Source: Eledone cirrhosa (Eukaryota). From it: a DNA stretch of 64,000 bases. Every line of letters begins with the position of its first letter. The stretch's first letter is position 1. This document shows positions 27,613 to 41,451 of the stretch, piece by piece. The DNA is taken from the NCBI GenBank assembly GCA_964016885.1, contig OZ024740.1:360902001-360966000 (forward strand), read 5' to 3'. A program made the position numbers and the translations under genes. Below the pieces are notes generated by a model, which saw nothing but the letters and a program-made list of their open reading frames with translations, ran no database searches and was not told where the DNA came from.

Positions 27613-29700
27613 ATCATCATCATCATCATTTTACGTCCGCTTTTCCCTGCTTGCTAGGGTGGGACGGGTCTTATTCAGCACAGCATCTCTCCATTTGTCA
27701 CGGTCCTTCGTCATCTCCACCATGAGCTTCAGCGATCTGAGATCTGTTCTCACCACCTCCGCCCATGTGGTCTACCTCTACCACGTCTTTCCTTCAACTG
27801 GCACTTCTTCACCCATCGGTCATCCTCCATGTGCATCACATGCCACCGCAGTCTCCTCTCTCGCACACTACATTCATGCGCATCACATGCCACCGCAGTC
27901 TCCTCTCTCGCACACAACATTCATGTGCATCACATGCCACCGCAGTCTCCTCTCTCGCACACAACATTCATGTGCATCACATGCCACCGCAGTCTCCTCT
28001 CTCGCACACAACATTCATGTGCATCACATGCCACTGCAGTCTCCTCTCTCGCACACAACATTCATGTGCATCACATGCCACCGCAGTCTCCTCTCTCGCA
28101 CACAGCATTCATGCGCATCACATGCCACCGCAGTCTCCTCTCTCGCACACAACATTCATGCGCATCACATGCCACCGCAGTCTCCTCTCTCGCACACAAC
28201 ATTCATGCGCATCACATGCCACCGCAGTCTCCTCTCTCGCACACAACATTCATGTGCATCACATGCCACTGCAGTCTCCTCTCTCGCACACAACATTCAT
28301 GTGCATCACATGCCACTGCAGTCTCCTCTCTCGCACACAACATTCATGTGCATCACATGCCACTGCAGTCTCCTCTCTCGCACACAACATTCATGCGCAT
28401 CACATGCCACTGCAGTCTCCTCTCTCGCACACAACATTCATGTGCATCACATGCCACTGCAGTCTCCTCTCTCGCACACTACATTCATGTGCATCACATG
28501 CCACCGCAGTCTCCTCTCTCGCACACAACATTCATGTGCATCACATGCCACTGCAGTCTCCTCTCTCGCACACAACATTCATGTGCATCACATGCCACTG
28601 CAGTCTCCTCTCTCGCACACAACATTCATGTGCATCACATGCCACTGCAGTCTCCTCTCTCGCACACAACATTCATGCGCATCACATGCCACCGCAGTCT
28701 CCTCTCTCGCACACAACATTCATGTGCATCACATGCCACTGCAGTCTCCTCTCTCGCACACAACATTCATGCGCATCACATGCCACCGCAGTCTCCTCTC
28801 TCGCACACAACATTCATGTGCATCACATGCCACTGCAGTCTCCTCTCTCGCACACAACATTCATGTGCATCACATGCCACTGCAGTCTCCTCTCTCGCAC
28901 ACAACATTCATGTGCATCACATGCCACTGCAGTCTCCTCTCTCGCACACAACATTCATGTGCATCACATGCCACTGCAGTCTCCTCTCTCGCACACTACA
29001 TTCATGTGCATCACATGCCACCGCAGTCTCCTCTCTCGCACACAACATTCATGTGCATCACATGCCACCGCAGTCTCCTCTCTCGCACACAACATTCATG
29101 CGCATCACATGCCACTGCAGTCTCCTCTCTCGCACACAACATTCATGTGCATCACATGCCACTGCAGTCTCCTCTCTCGCACACAACATTCATGCGCATC
29201 ACATGCCACCGCAGTCTCCTCTCTCGCACACAACATTCATGTGCATCACATGTCACCGCAGTCTCCTCTCTCGCACACAACATTCATGTGCATCACATGC
29301 CACCGCAGTCTCCTCTCTCGCACACAACATTCAATCCCTCTCAGACACAGTTTCTCTCTCAACACATTCATGCTGGGTCGTTCACGTACATTGACATTGC
29401 ACATCCAACGGAGCATGCTTGCCTCATTTCTCTCCAGCCGTCGCATATCCTCTGCAGTTGCTGCCCATGTCTCACTACCATGCAGCATCACGCTCCTCAC
29501 ACAGGCATCATACAACCGGCCTTTCGTACACAGGGAGAAACCCTTCTTCGTCAGCAGAGGAAGCAGCTCCCTAAACTTCTTCCAACCCGTCCTTATTCTA
29601 GATACTATGGCCTCGGAACACCCCCCCCCCCCTCCCATGCTAACCTGATCTCCTAGGAACCAGAAGCTATCCACCACTTCTATAGCACCCGCCTGCATTT
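27613..29700 (-). mobile_element. 5'-truncated RTE LINE containing an internally amplified minisatellite
   Basis: ORF 29246-29698 reads IEVVDSF..LGD...GWKKFREL...RLERNEASMLRWMC. The 3'UTR is nearly identical to 18552-18790; (ATC)n tail at ~27613. Confidence 0.9.
27828..29331. repeat. 47 bp tandem repeat, 32 copies, derived from RTE coding sequence
   Basis: Unit catgYgcatcacatgccacYgcagtctcctctctcgcacacaacatt. The phase is preserved from 27828 to 29285 (31 x 47). No spacers. Confidence 0.97.
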
Positions 29701-30884
29701 GAAAAATATGTCTATCAATGCGACTTCTACTGTCGCATGTATATGCACATATTTATATAGCTGAGTTTATTATTGTGTAGGTGCACTAGTGTATATGAGT
29801 ATGCAGGTGTTTATTATTTTGTGTGTAGATGTGTAATGCTATGTTCTGGTATGTATATAGATGTCTGTGTGTGACTAATTCTGTATATACACCCACAAAC
29901 AAGATAATAAATGAACTTGATGTATAGCTACACATTTATTGTTTAGTGTGTATATGATTGTGTATGTCTGTGTGTATGTACATGTGAGTGTGCATGTAAA
30001 TATGTGCATACACAGGAGTGTATGTACATGTGCAGATGTGCTTGTGTGTATGTAAATGTATATATGTACATGAGTGCAGTTATGAGTACATGTGCATTTA
30101 CATAAATTAGCAATTCTTATTTGATATATTATATTGATACATATGTGTCTGTGTATATATGTGTGTATTTGTATGGGTGCACATGCACATGTGTGTGAAT
30201 ATATACATTTATTATTCATGGTGTGTGTATCAATATATATATATATATGTGTGAGAGAGAGTATGTGTGTGAGTGTGTGTGTATTGATAGATGTATATGC
30301 ATGTGTGTGTGTGTGTGTGTGTGTGTGTTTCTTTAATCATATACAATAAGCATATACATGTCCGTTTATATGTATGTATGGATGTATGTATGGCCGAGTG
30401 GTTAAGGAGTTTGCTTCACAGTCACGAAGTCTCAGGATTAATCTCACTGCAACTGTTATCATAGCCATGGGTCAACTTAAACCTTGTGAGTGAAATTGAG
30501 TAGATGGAAACTATGTGGAAGCCCATTGGTTAGACAACTTCATCACACAGTGTCACATTGATTTTGCTTGAAAACTATGATATGATGAGAAGCATCTGTG
30601 GAATATTCAGCCACTTAGAGCATAATAAAATGAGTAGGCAGTTTAATGGATCAAATCCGTATTGTCGAAACCAATGTAAATCCTCTTACATTGTGTGTAT
30701 GTATGTCTGTGCATATATACTTGTGTGTTCATTTATGAAGAGTATGCGTTTATTTTACCATTGCCATATTTCTAATTGTGTACGTGTATATATGTGTATT
30801 TGTTTTGTATGTGTACATGTATATGTACTTGTGTATTTCTATTTTGTACATTTCCGCCTATATATGTGTGTGTGTATTTCCGCC

Positions 30885-31325
<441 letters not shown>

Positions 31326-32797
31326 AGAACAAATGATTGACCAGTGGTCAAAGTGTAAAATTCAACCAACAGCAAAAAGGTCTTCCTTTTCCTCCTTCAC
31401 AAGTTTTAGGCCACACCTTTCAACTGTGACTGTTCTCCTTGACACTTCCTCCATCACACCAACACAACCAATCAAATACTGTATCGACAACAATAAGGGT
31501 GTGGAATTGATGAAGTTCTGTATAGAGTGGGAGGGAAACATATTCATAGCTTTCACATGTAGGTATGTATGCATGCATACATGGATGTATGTGTATGCAT
31601 ATTTGTTTGTATACAAGTAGGTCTACATAATTGCATGCATACATACTATGTATGTATACTTATTCATATATGTGTGTATGTATGTGATTGTATATACATG
31701 CAAGTATATATGTATAGAAGCATGGCACAGTTATATTATGTATATTGTATGAGAAAAGAAAAGGGCGTAAATTATAGTGAAGGTGAAACACATATAAATA
31801 ATATTACACATGCACACAGGTATAACACACGCGCACACTCACACCCACACATATATAATTACTCTTTTACTCTTTTACCTGTTCCAGCCCTCCGGCTGAG
31901 GCCATGCTGGGGCACCGCCCTTAATATTATATATATATATATTATATATTATATATATATATACATTTATATTATATATATATATATCTATATATTTATA
32001 TATATCTATATATCATCATCATACAAGTATAACACATGCACACGAGCAAAATACACAGAAGCACACTCATATATAAAACCTACTACACATGCATAACACA
32101 CACAATAGAAAGAACTCTCCCCCACCTCCCCCATGTCTTCATCTCCCACCTACGAACAACAACAGACTCTCACCATATCACCACACCATACCAACAACAC
32201 ACTAATACCATAACACCATAAAATCACCACATCATTACAACACCATGCCACACCAAATACATCATCACCATCACCAACAGGTTGACAATGTCATAAATGA
32301 TTTGTTTGAGCAATCCATAGTCTTCCTACCTTCACACTAAATAATACATTTTGCACACAATCATCATCATCATCCCCGTCACCATCATCACAACCCTCAT
32401 CTTCCTCACCAGCGTTGTCATCATCTTCACCACCAACAACATCCTCATCCCTGTCATCATCATCATCACCACAATCCATCATTATCATAATCACCATCAT
32501 CACAACCTTCATCTTCATAACCAGCAGTCATCATCTTCACCACCACCATCACTGTCACCATTGTCATCATTATCCTCACAACCGTCATCACTATCATCAT
32601 TGTCACCATCATATTTGTCATTATCATCACTCCCATCATCACATACTTATTTTGTTCAGTATTGTTATTACTGTTATAATTATTGTATTTGTTCTTTCTA
32701 GATTTATGCAACTGTTTGGGTGGGTTGTACTGAAAAAGAGAAGGTGGTGGCAAGGTGGTTACCATGGTAATATTGATGGTAGAGACAAGATCTCTTC

Positions 32798-32889
32798 TAT
32801 TTAAAGGAATCATTTGGGGAAGATTCCTTCATTCCGAACAGAAATCTGACCTCGAGACATACAACAACCTCATCTCCAACACACTTAAG
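32798..32889 (+). promoter_or_regulatory. Candidate GnRH core promoter and non-coding exon 1
   Basis: TATTTAAA (32798-32805), Inr-like TCATTC (32829-32834) ~30 nt downstream, and donor-like AAG|GTAAAA at 32889/32890. The first coding exon has a clear acceptor (tctttcag|34289), which requires an upstream exon. Confidence 0.5.
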
Positions 32890-34324
32890 GTAAAATTGTA
32901 AAATATTGCTTTTTTTCTTCTACTTGAACCAATATTCTTTTATGTTCTCTCTCTCTTTCCTTCATTTGTTAACTTTACACACAAACTTTCCCTTTCAGTT
33001 CCTGTCTCCAGAAAAAAAAAATATCTTCCTAAGCCTTTTCATACCAACCCACCTGTTTCTATGATACAAAGCTATTTGTTTTAAAGTGTTTATATTTATC
33101 TAAAATTCTTCTGTTATAATTTTATATAAAATAAGTTAACCATTCTGATACCAAACCCCCTAAAATTACCCCTGGCTCTACAATTTAAAACTGCTTGTTT
33201 TAAAGTGTTTATATTGGTTTAAAAACCTTCATTCATAATTTTATGAAAGAACCTGTTATGTTCTAAATACCAGCTTAATAATGAGAAAGTTAGTTAAATT
33301 ACTGAACACCCAAAACGTCTTGATTATTTTCAAAATGATTTGAAAATGCTAACAAGAGGATTAAACACACGCACACACGTGTGTGTGTGTGTATTGTGTT
33401 CTTGAGCAAGACACTTTATTTCATGTTGCTCCAGTTTACTCAGCTGTAGAAATGGGTTGATACATCACTGGTACCAAGCTGTATCAGCCTTAACCTTTCC
33501 CTTGGACAACATTGGGGGTGATGTGGAGAGGGGAGACTGGTATGCATGAGTGACTGCTGGTCTCCACAAACTTTCTAGGTGCAAATCCTAGGGTCACTCA
33601 TGACCAAAGGTGTGTGTGTGTGTGTGTATACATATATACATATACATAAACATACACACATATACAATGTTACTAATTAAAGTTAATAAGACCATTATTA
33701 AATTTAGTATACTATACTTTAAAGAAATATTGTAGATATTATTTAATGGCAAAAATCGGTAGAGCATTGGACAAAATACTTTGCAGTGTTTGTTCCATAT
33801 CTTTACATTCTGAGTTTGAATCCTGCCTATGTCAACTTTGCCTTTCATCCTTCCAAGGTTGGTAAGATAAAGTACCAGTCAAACACAGGTATTGATTTAA
33901 TCAACTTTCCTCTTCCCTCAAATTGCTGGCCTTTTGCCTAAATCAGAAACTATTATTATTAAAGGTAGTATTGTTAAAACGTTGAACAAAATATTGAGGC
34001 TTTTGTTCTATATCTTTACGTTCTGAATTCAAATCCTACCGGTCACCTTTGCCTTTAATCTTTTCTGATGTTAATAAAATAAAGTACCACTAGTAAAATA
34101 CTAGGGTCGATATAATCAACTTTCCTGACCCTTGTGCCCAAAGTAGAAATCACTAAAATAAAGTACCAATCAAGTACTGAGGTCCATATAATCAACTCTT
34201 TCTTCCCTTCTTGTTGCTGGCCTTGTACCTAAATTAGAAACCGTTATCTTACAGTTTTTCATCAAATTTCTCGTCTGCTGTCTTTCAGATTGAATCCACC
34301 CAATTCCACTAAGCAAATATCATC

Positions 34325-34528
34325 ATGTCAGCTATTGCAACAACCAACTCCAGAAAAATGGCTCTCTTTGTATTCTCCATGTTGCTGCTATCTTTGTGTT
34401 TGCAGACCCAAGCACAAAACTATCATTTCAGCAATGGATGGCACCCTGGAGGTAAACGTAGTTCACTCTCAGACATCCAATGCCACTTCAGACAACAGAC
34501 AAAGGCTTTGATAGAAAAAATCTTAGAT
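34325..34528 (+). CDS. GnRH: Prepro-GnRH-like (oct-GnRH / corazonin-type) neuropeptide, coding exon 1: signal peptide, QNYHFSNGWHPG, GKR, start of the associated peptide
   Basis: MSAIATTNSRKMALFVFSMLLLSLCLQTQA-QNYHFSNGWHPG-GKR-SSLSDIQCHFRQQTKALIEKILD. The dodecapeptide (34415-34450) is the known cephalopod GnRH-like peptide. Acceptor at 34288/34289; phase-0 donor GAT|GTAAGT at 34528/34529. Confidence 0.97.
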
Positions 34529-35398
34529 GTAAGTTCATTATGTTTTAATTACTTTATCTTAGTCACTGTGAGTTAACTCTTAACATCCTGTAATTATTTA
34601 GCAGAAAACTTCTAAAAATAGGTTTCTCAATTCAAACGTATCCTTGCTAGTCACAGTTCTTTTCAAGAATATCTTGCTAATATGGTTTCATGTGGAACAA
34701 GAAATTAGGAAGTAACATCTTGCAATGATTTAGCAGAAAATATCTAACAATGTGTTTGTTAATGCAAATGTTTATACATGTTTACATCTATGAGTTTATA
34801 TATATATGAGTTTACATATACTTGTTTGCATATACACATTACATATGTTTACATAAGCAACTTAACATATATGTATTTATGTTTAAACTAAGTAGGCTTC
34901 ACACTTATTATGGGTTTTTTTACCCATAATTTTGCCTATCTAGGTGCCCAACCTTTTAGTCGCCTCTTTTGATCCTCACTGAGATGATCTTGCTTGTTTA
35001 AACCAATTTGCTCCAACTTAAAGTGTTTATATTTATCTAAAAACATTCCATTGTCATTTTATGTAAAACCTTTGTTAAGGTATGTTCCAAAACACCAACT
35101 TAATGATAAAGAGTTAAAGTGTATATATTTATCTAAAAATTTTCTATTATAATTTTATGTAAGAACCTTAATAATGAAAAAATTATATTACTAAATTGCA
35201 CAACATTTTTTATTATTTTCAAAATTATTTGAAAATTATAGGTAGTTATTTTCTTGGCAACAAAAAGGTTAATACATAAGCATTTACATTCATCCTCATT
35301 GTTTTACATCTATTTTCCATGCAGGCATTAGTGATGAATTTATATCATATATTGTTTATATTTACATTCAATATTGTTTACAATACATTATATATTTA

Positions 35399-35583
35399 TG
35401 GATTGGCAGTATCGGTAGAGGGTCGGACGCCATGCTTTGCAGCAAAGAGTTACGGCCCTTTATGGTCTGAGTTCAAATCCCGCCGAGGTTAACTTTGCCT
35501 TTCATCCTTATGGGGTCGATAAAATAAGTACCAGTAATACACTTGGATAATTGCTGGCCTTGTGCCAAACATAGAAACAATTA
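35399..35583 (+). mobile_element. tRNA-derived SINE (family B) in the GnRH intron; many other copies (e.g. ~6760-6870, 33750-34250, 36385-36595, 40260-40680, 57500-59880)
   Basis: TGGCAGTATCGG A-box-like, GAGTTCAAATCC B-box, and core aactttgcctttcatcc..ggggtcgataaaataagtaccag. Confidence 0.8.
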
Positions 35584-35617
35584 TGTATTTACATTATATT
35601 GTATATTATGAATTTAA

Positions 35618-35791
35618 CCCTTAACATCCTTTAATGACTTAGCAGAAATATGTAAAAGTATGTTAATTTAAATGTTACTAGTGTAATTAAAGTAAAGGTT
35701 TCAATTTACATGTGATGCAGTGATAGTGTTGTTTTATACATTTCAAGAACATCTTGCTAATACGGTTCCATGTGATATAGGATGTTAAGAG
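35618..35791. mobile_element. Short TTAA-type MITE in the GnRH intron (partial second copy at ~34572-34710)
   Basis: TTAA-CCCTTAACATCCT ... AGGATGTTAAGAG-TTTA. The internal sequence tttcaagaaYatcttgctaataYggtt is shared by both copies. Confidence 0.55.
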
Positions 35792-35864
35792 TTTATATTA
35801 TTTACATTTACATTGAATATTGTTTATATTCCCATTGAATATCATTTACTTCACTGATTCACAG

Positions 35865-35927
35865 GAAGAGATTAACCGTATAATCACAACATGTACTGGT
35901 CCGGTCAACGAAATTGCAGATCTATGA
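35865..35927 (+). CDS. GnRH: Prepro-GnRH-like coding exon 2 (EEINRIITTCTGPVNEIADL-stop)
   Basis: Acceptor ttcacag|GAA, in frame with exon 1, giving an 88 aa precursor. Matches my recollection of the Octopus precursor C-terminus. TGA at 35925-35927 is followed by AAG|GTAAAG. Confidence 0.94.
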   Translation, partial: EEINRIITTCTGPVNEIADL

Positions 35928-36617
35928 AAGGTAAAGTTTGTTCAATATTGTTTGTGTTACAAAACTAAGAACCAATGAAAACACAAATAGAAAGCAAACA
36001 TACAACAAAATCTTTCATCTCAACTCCAAAATACATTTCTTTTTCAATACAAAAATTTTACTAACAATACAAGAAACATCAAAAATTATTTATCTGTCTG
36101 TACATCATTATAACAGCATAAAAGAGTTGCTCATTCTTACTGACAAATATATAAAAACATATATAACATTTTTAGTTTTCTTTTCTTTTAAAGTCTATAC
36201 ACTATATCTCCTTATATATCTACATACATACACAGTGGTTGTGTTAATGAATCTGCTTGTTTTGTTCACTGAACATCAAACCAGTCTGTGTCTTCAGATA
36301 TTCAGCACATATCTCAAAGATCTAACTGAACCATGTTTTGCCACAGTTATTGTTATTATTATTAGTAATAGTAGTAGGCTACTGGGTTGATAGTATCAGT
36401 AGAGTGTTGGACAAAATGCTTTGCAGCATTTTATTACAACTCTCTACGTTCTGAGTTAAAATCCCACAAAATCAACTTTGACTTTCATCCTTCCAGGGTT
36501 GATAAAATAAAGTAACAGTTAAGTACTTGGGTTGATATAATTGTCTTTCCCCTTCCTCCAAATTGCTGGCCAAGTGCCAATATTAGAAAGAATTATTATC
36601 ATTATTATTATTATCAT

Positions 36618-36813
36618 TTCATTTATCTTGATTTATATTCATATGAGTTATCACCAGGTTACAACCAGTGACCTTAAGAGACAACAAGGTCTGCATGTTC
36701 AAGAAAAACACACACACACACATGTATCTTTAAGTGTTTACATAATTATATCGACAGAATTTTCCTTAGTATATGGGCAGTTCCCATTAGTACTATCTTT
36801 AGTATTTCTTCTA

Positions 36814-36814
<1 letters not shown>
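36618..36814 (-). mobile_element. 3' fragment of an R4/Dong-like non-LTR retrotransposon in a (TAA)n tract
   Basis: The minus frame ends IEEILKIVLMGTAHILRKILSI-stop, resembling the R4/Dong C-terminal (Q)K.VLLGTA.ILR motif. (ATT)n runs lie on both sides, the known target of Dong-type elements. Confidence 0.6.
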
Positions 36815-36847
<33 letters not shown>

Positions 36848-37328
36848 GATCACCATCATCATATATATATATATATGTGATTGCAGGTAGCATACACAAT
36901 GGAGAGAAATGCTAACTGGCCAAGAAATCCCTTCCAACAAACACCAAGATGAATGACAACGATGATGATAACGGCAATGATACTAAGACTGATGATGATG
37001 GTGATGGGCGAGACTGAGAACTCTCGTGTGGTGTTTGTCATTCCTTCACATGGATCGGAGTGGTACACAAAAAGAAGAAAAAATAAAAATAAAAAAATAC
37101 AAAAAAAGGGAGGAGTAAAAAAAAACAAAAAACGTTTGGGGACATGTCCATTTTAATGTTTGACTAATTCATCATCTAATTAACTCACCAATTAATTGGC
37201 ACATCGGCTTAATATCTGTACCTCTGATAAACTGAAACAACAATCTGTGGAATAAAATATTCAATGCTCTGCCATTTTTGAGAGTTCCTGCTTCTTTATT
37301 TAAAATGTATTTATTTCTCTGTGTGTGC

Positions 37329-37382
<54 letters not shown>

Positions 37383-38310
37383 CAACAATAACAATGCAAT
37401 ATTCATTTTAAGGCCATCTTCTCTGCTGAAACAGGGGTTGGTTTTGTGAACTCTATGACAAACGTTTCCATTTCTACCTTATTGCCTGCATCCCTCACAC
37501 CACCCTCTAACTTTCATTTCCACTTCCATCATTTTTAGCCATATCTTTCTTGGTCTTCCCTTTCCTCTGCCTCATTACTCATTCATCACTCCTCTGACCC
37601 AGTCGTCCTTTTTAATGCATAACCAAACCATCTCATTCCATTTATCTTCACAACATTTATCAATGGTTCTATTCTTATCATCCTTCAGAACATTCTGATT
37701 TCCCTTCTTTCTAGCCTTTTCTGTTGCCCCATGTTCATTATCCATGTCTCTTTCTCATAAATCATGGCACTTCTCACACATACAGCATACATCTTTCCTT
37801 TCAGTTTCAGTAACACTTCCCTAGTGATGATATCATGCTAAAATGCACTTGGTAGAGTGCAAGATCAGATGTAAGTAAGATGCAGGACTCTGACCTATCC
37901 GAGAGATCAGTAGCCTGGTTTGAGCACTGACTCGGTCTCTGAAGACTCATCCAACCATTGCTAGCAAGGAAAACTAACATTAAATGATGATGATGACAAT
38001 AGTATGTGTGACACTATTTGTGCAAGATAATTTCAGCACAATCCCAATCTCTTACAGCAAATCATGATGGATGGTCTATTGATTTCAATGATGAGCAAAC
38101 ATTTGATTCATCAAGTTAACATCCAAATCGTGAATTAATATCCAAGTGGTTGAGTATTCCACAGACAATTGATGTTCAAGAGGTTGAGTATTCCACAGAC
38201 AATTGTACTCATAATGTTCAATTGATTACATATCTAACTCATGAATTAATGTCAATTTCGTTGAGTATTCCACAAACAACTGTACTCAAAATGGTTAGTC
38301 AACTCAACAT

Positions 38311-38700
38311 CCATCATCATCAGGTCGAGCTTGCTCGGCTTTCTACGACATAGCGTTTGCCAATTCTCTGTCTCTCATAGCGTTTGCCAATTCTTCCGCA
38401 GTGCAACCAGTATCGTCCTCAAGTTGCTTGATGTATGTCTTCTTGGGACGACCAGCATTTCTTGCTCCATGAGATGGACTCCACAACAACACATCACCTG
38501 CTATTTCTTCCTTGATGCACCAACAGTGGCCAGCAAATCTGAGTCTCTGTCCACATATTGACCTGCTGATAGGTGGTATATTGCCATAGAGATCCTTATT
38601 TGTTGGGTGTTCCCTCCAAGACACGTTTAAAGCAGTGTGGAGCATACGTGTGTATGCCCCGTCTAGCTTTTTCTCCAGTTTCGACGTTAGCATAGAGTGA
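38311..38700 (-). mobile_element. 3' fragment of a second, distinct RTE family
   Basis: KKLDGAYTRMLHTALNVSWREHPTNKDLYGNIPPIS..RLRFAGHC...GRPKKTYIKQL; (ATC)n tail. Inserted among gttgagtattccaca repeats (38148-38280, 38772). Confidence 0.8.
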
Positions 38701-40809
38701 TAGAGCCATAAACAAGCACAGATTCCACAGCAACTCTGAAGAAATCCAATGTGCAAATTAATGTTGAAGTGGTTGAGTATTCCACAGACATATGTATTCT
38801 TAATGTAATTCTCAAACTGACTCAGTGTGGCACAATATGTGTGACAAAGCTGGACCTTTCAATTACAAGTAAAGTAAAGGTAGGTGAAGAGCCTTTAATT
38901 CCTGATGGAACTGTTGGAACACTGTTCCGACACATGGTATGTCATGGGTATTTTAAACCTACCAGAGCCCATCTCTCTCCAGGTCATAATACAGCCAATG
39001 CCTTCCAGAGAAAGAAAGAGAAAGTGATAAAGAGAGAGAGAAGAAGAATTGCCCCAAGCATTGAACTGTAGTTTATTTATCGACCTAAAAAAAATGAAAG
39101 GCAAAGTTGACCCTGACAGGATTTGAACTCAGAGTGCAGTGAACCAGAACAAATACTGTGGAATTTTTAATCCAATGTCATACCAATTCACTGCCCTGAA
39201 TTTCAAGTAGAATCCATTCAAGTGGCTAACCCTATCCCTTTAATCAACTTGAAGCTAAGGTAAAAACCCTTGTGCAAGATACCATGTAGGGAGATCAAAC
39301 CCAGGACCTTAGGATTGCAAAGTGAACTTATTAACCATTCGGTCATGCCTGGGTCTATGGCTAATAAAGCTTTATCGGAATGTTTTAATGATGACCTGCC
39401 AAAAACCTATCAATAAACCACAATTCTAGCACAAAAAATATATTAAACAAAGTCTAATAGAAATATTTTTCAGAATTTTATCTGAATGAAACTTAATTTT
39501 TATTAACTTTCATTAAAAATTAAAAAAATTAAATTAATTGTGAGTATGAGTGTCAATTATTACATTATTTTAGGCAACTAACATTTTGTGTATGCAACAC
39601 ATTAACTTCTTTTGTACACAGTTAATAGAAGCTAAAATAAACAATATAAATCAAACATGCACACATACATTCACACACAATATGCAAACAGCAAGACACA
39701 TTCTAACAAGAAACATAACACACACATACATACAAGAGACACATGACACACAGACAAATAAGACATTCACACTCACACATACACACACATGCACACTGAC
39801 TGACAACCCACATACACAAACAACACACACAACATACAGTCAATGTATACATACAGACAACACATAGACAAAGCACACTCAAACAACACAAACACATACA
39901 CACAGGCAACATAGTCAGTACACATGCATACACACAGAGAGGCAACCCCACACATTTGGACAAACAAGAACAACAACATACACACACAATACATACATTC
40001 ACTAGAGACAGAGAGAGGGGGAGGAGCAACAACCATACACACAAATATAACCCCTAGGTTTATGTAAGCTCCAACAAAGAAGTTGATTACCCACTGTTGC
40101 TAAGTAAATATGTAAATATATACCGTGACAAAAGGACACAAATATTGGGGGTTGGGTTAGAGAGAAAAAAGGGGATAGATATTGGTTTGATCTGATAGCA
40201 GTTCTTGACTGTTGTTTATTTGACTGACACCCACTTCTTCAAATAATTGTTTTAGAATAAGCACAAGGCCAGTAATTTGAGAGGGGAGAGTCAATTAAAT
40301 TGACCTTAGTATTTTATTTCATTGACCCCTGAAGGATGAAAGACAAACCTGACCATGACAGGATTTCAACCCAGATTGTAAAAAGACATAACTAAATGCT
40401 ACAAAGCATTTTGTCTGACCCATTAACGATTCTTTTAATCCACCTCCTCTCCAAATAATGGTTTGATTTAGGCACAAAGCCAATAATTTTGGGGAGGGGA
40501 AAGTTGATTAAATCAACCCCAGTATATTACTGGTACTTTATGTTATTGACCCTGTCAGGATGAAAGGCAAAGCTAACCACAGCGGGATTTGAAATCAGAA
40601 CACAAAGGCCCGTAACTCTCTGCTGTGAAGCAATTGTCCAACGCTCTACCAATGTTGCAAATCCACTGCCCTCCTCTCTCCAAACAATGAAAGACAAACT
40701 CAACACCAGCAAGATTTGAAATCAAAGAGAGAAGGGAGACAGTTAAGTGTGGCAAAACATTTTGTCTGACAATCTCTCAATTTTGTTCTGCTAGACACTG
40801 CCTTGAAGC

Positions 40810-41451
40810 TCTCCAGCTATCTATTTAAAGCTGTATATAGCTATGGGGCAGCCACACTTAGAAATTGCATCACCAGTCTGAAACCCCTATCTTCATCAGA
40901 ACATTGACCGCCTGAAAACTGTTCAGAGACGTGCAACCAAGTGAATACCCTCCATCAGGCATCTACCATACTCTGAACGCCTTGCTTCCCTGGGCATGGA
41001 TACACTGAAGCTCCGATGTCTGGCAACCGATTTGGTAAACACCCACAAAATTATAAACCATCTTGCCAACAACAACCCTGAGTACCTTTTTGATTTCCAT
41101 GTGTCTAACACACGTGGGCATGCCAACAAAGTCAGAAAACAGCACAGCTCCCATGACTTTCAGAAACATTTTTTCACGCTCAGAGTTGCTGAAGCATGGA
41201 ACAAACTACCTACATCAGTTGTTAGCTATCGAGACACTGCATCCTTTAAGACCTCCATGCTTCCTGAGATTCGCCAACACTACACCTAATATTCCCCCTC
41301 CATACACACACACACACATGTATATCATGACTCATACACTATTCACTTTCCTGACATTTGTATATTATTCTATGTACTATACATGCCCCTTTGACGAGTT
41401 GTAGTGTAGTGCACCTGAGCACTGTACACAATAATTTCATTATTATTATTA
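40810..41451 (+). mobile_element. CR1-like LINE 3' end
   Basis: LFKAVY...QRRATK.IPSIRHLPYSERLASLGMDTLKLR...DL...HKII...TRGH..K...FFTLRVAEAWNKLP; ends tttcattattattatt. Confidence 0.82.

Noticed and set aside
27659-29656. Long His/Cys/Ser-rich ORFs (521-665 aa) and a CRISPR-like periodic appearance
   Set aside because: Pure 47 bp tandem repeat without unique spacers, antisense to RTE coding sequence. The ORFs arise because the unit lacks stops. No cas genes, and the context is eukaryotic.
31362-31520. Unique-looking minus-strand frame (..GVMEEVSRRTVTVERCGLKLVKEEKEDLFAVG) as a possible terminal exon
   Set aside because: No similarity to RUFY or any family I recognise; splice support is ambiguous.
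32291-32813. Acidic and His/Ser-rich ORFs
   Set aside because: Degenerate (CAT/CAC)n trinucleotide low-complexity sequence.
35399-35490. tRNA gene (A-box and B-box motifs)
   Set aside because: No cloverleaf; the motifs belong to multi-copy tRNA-derived SINE heads.
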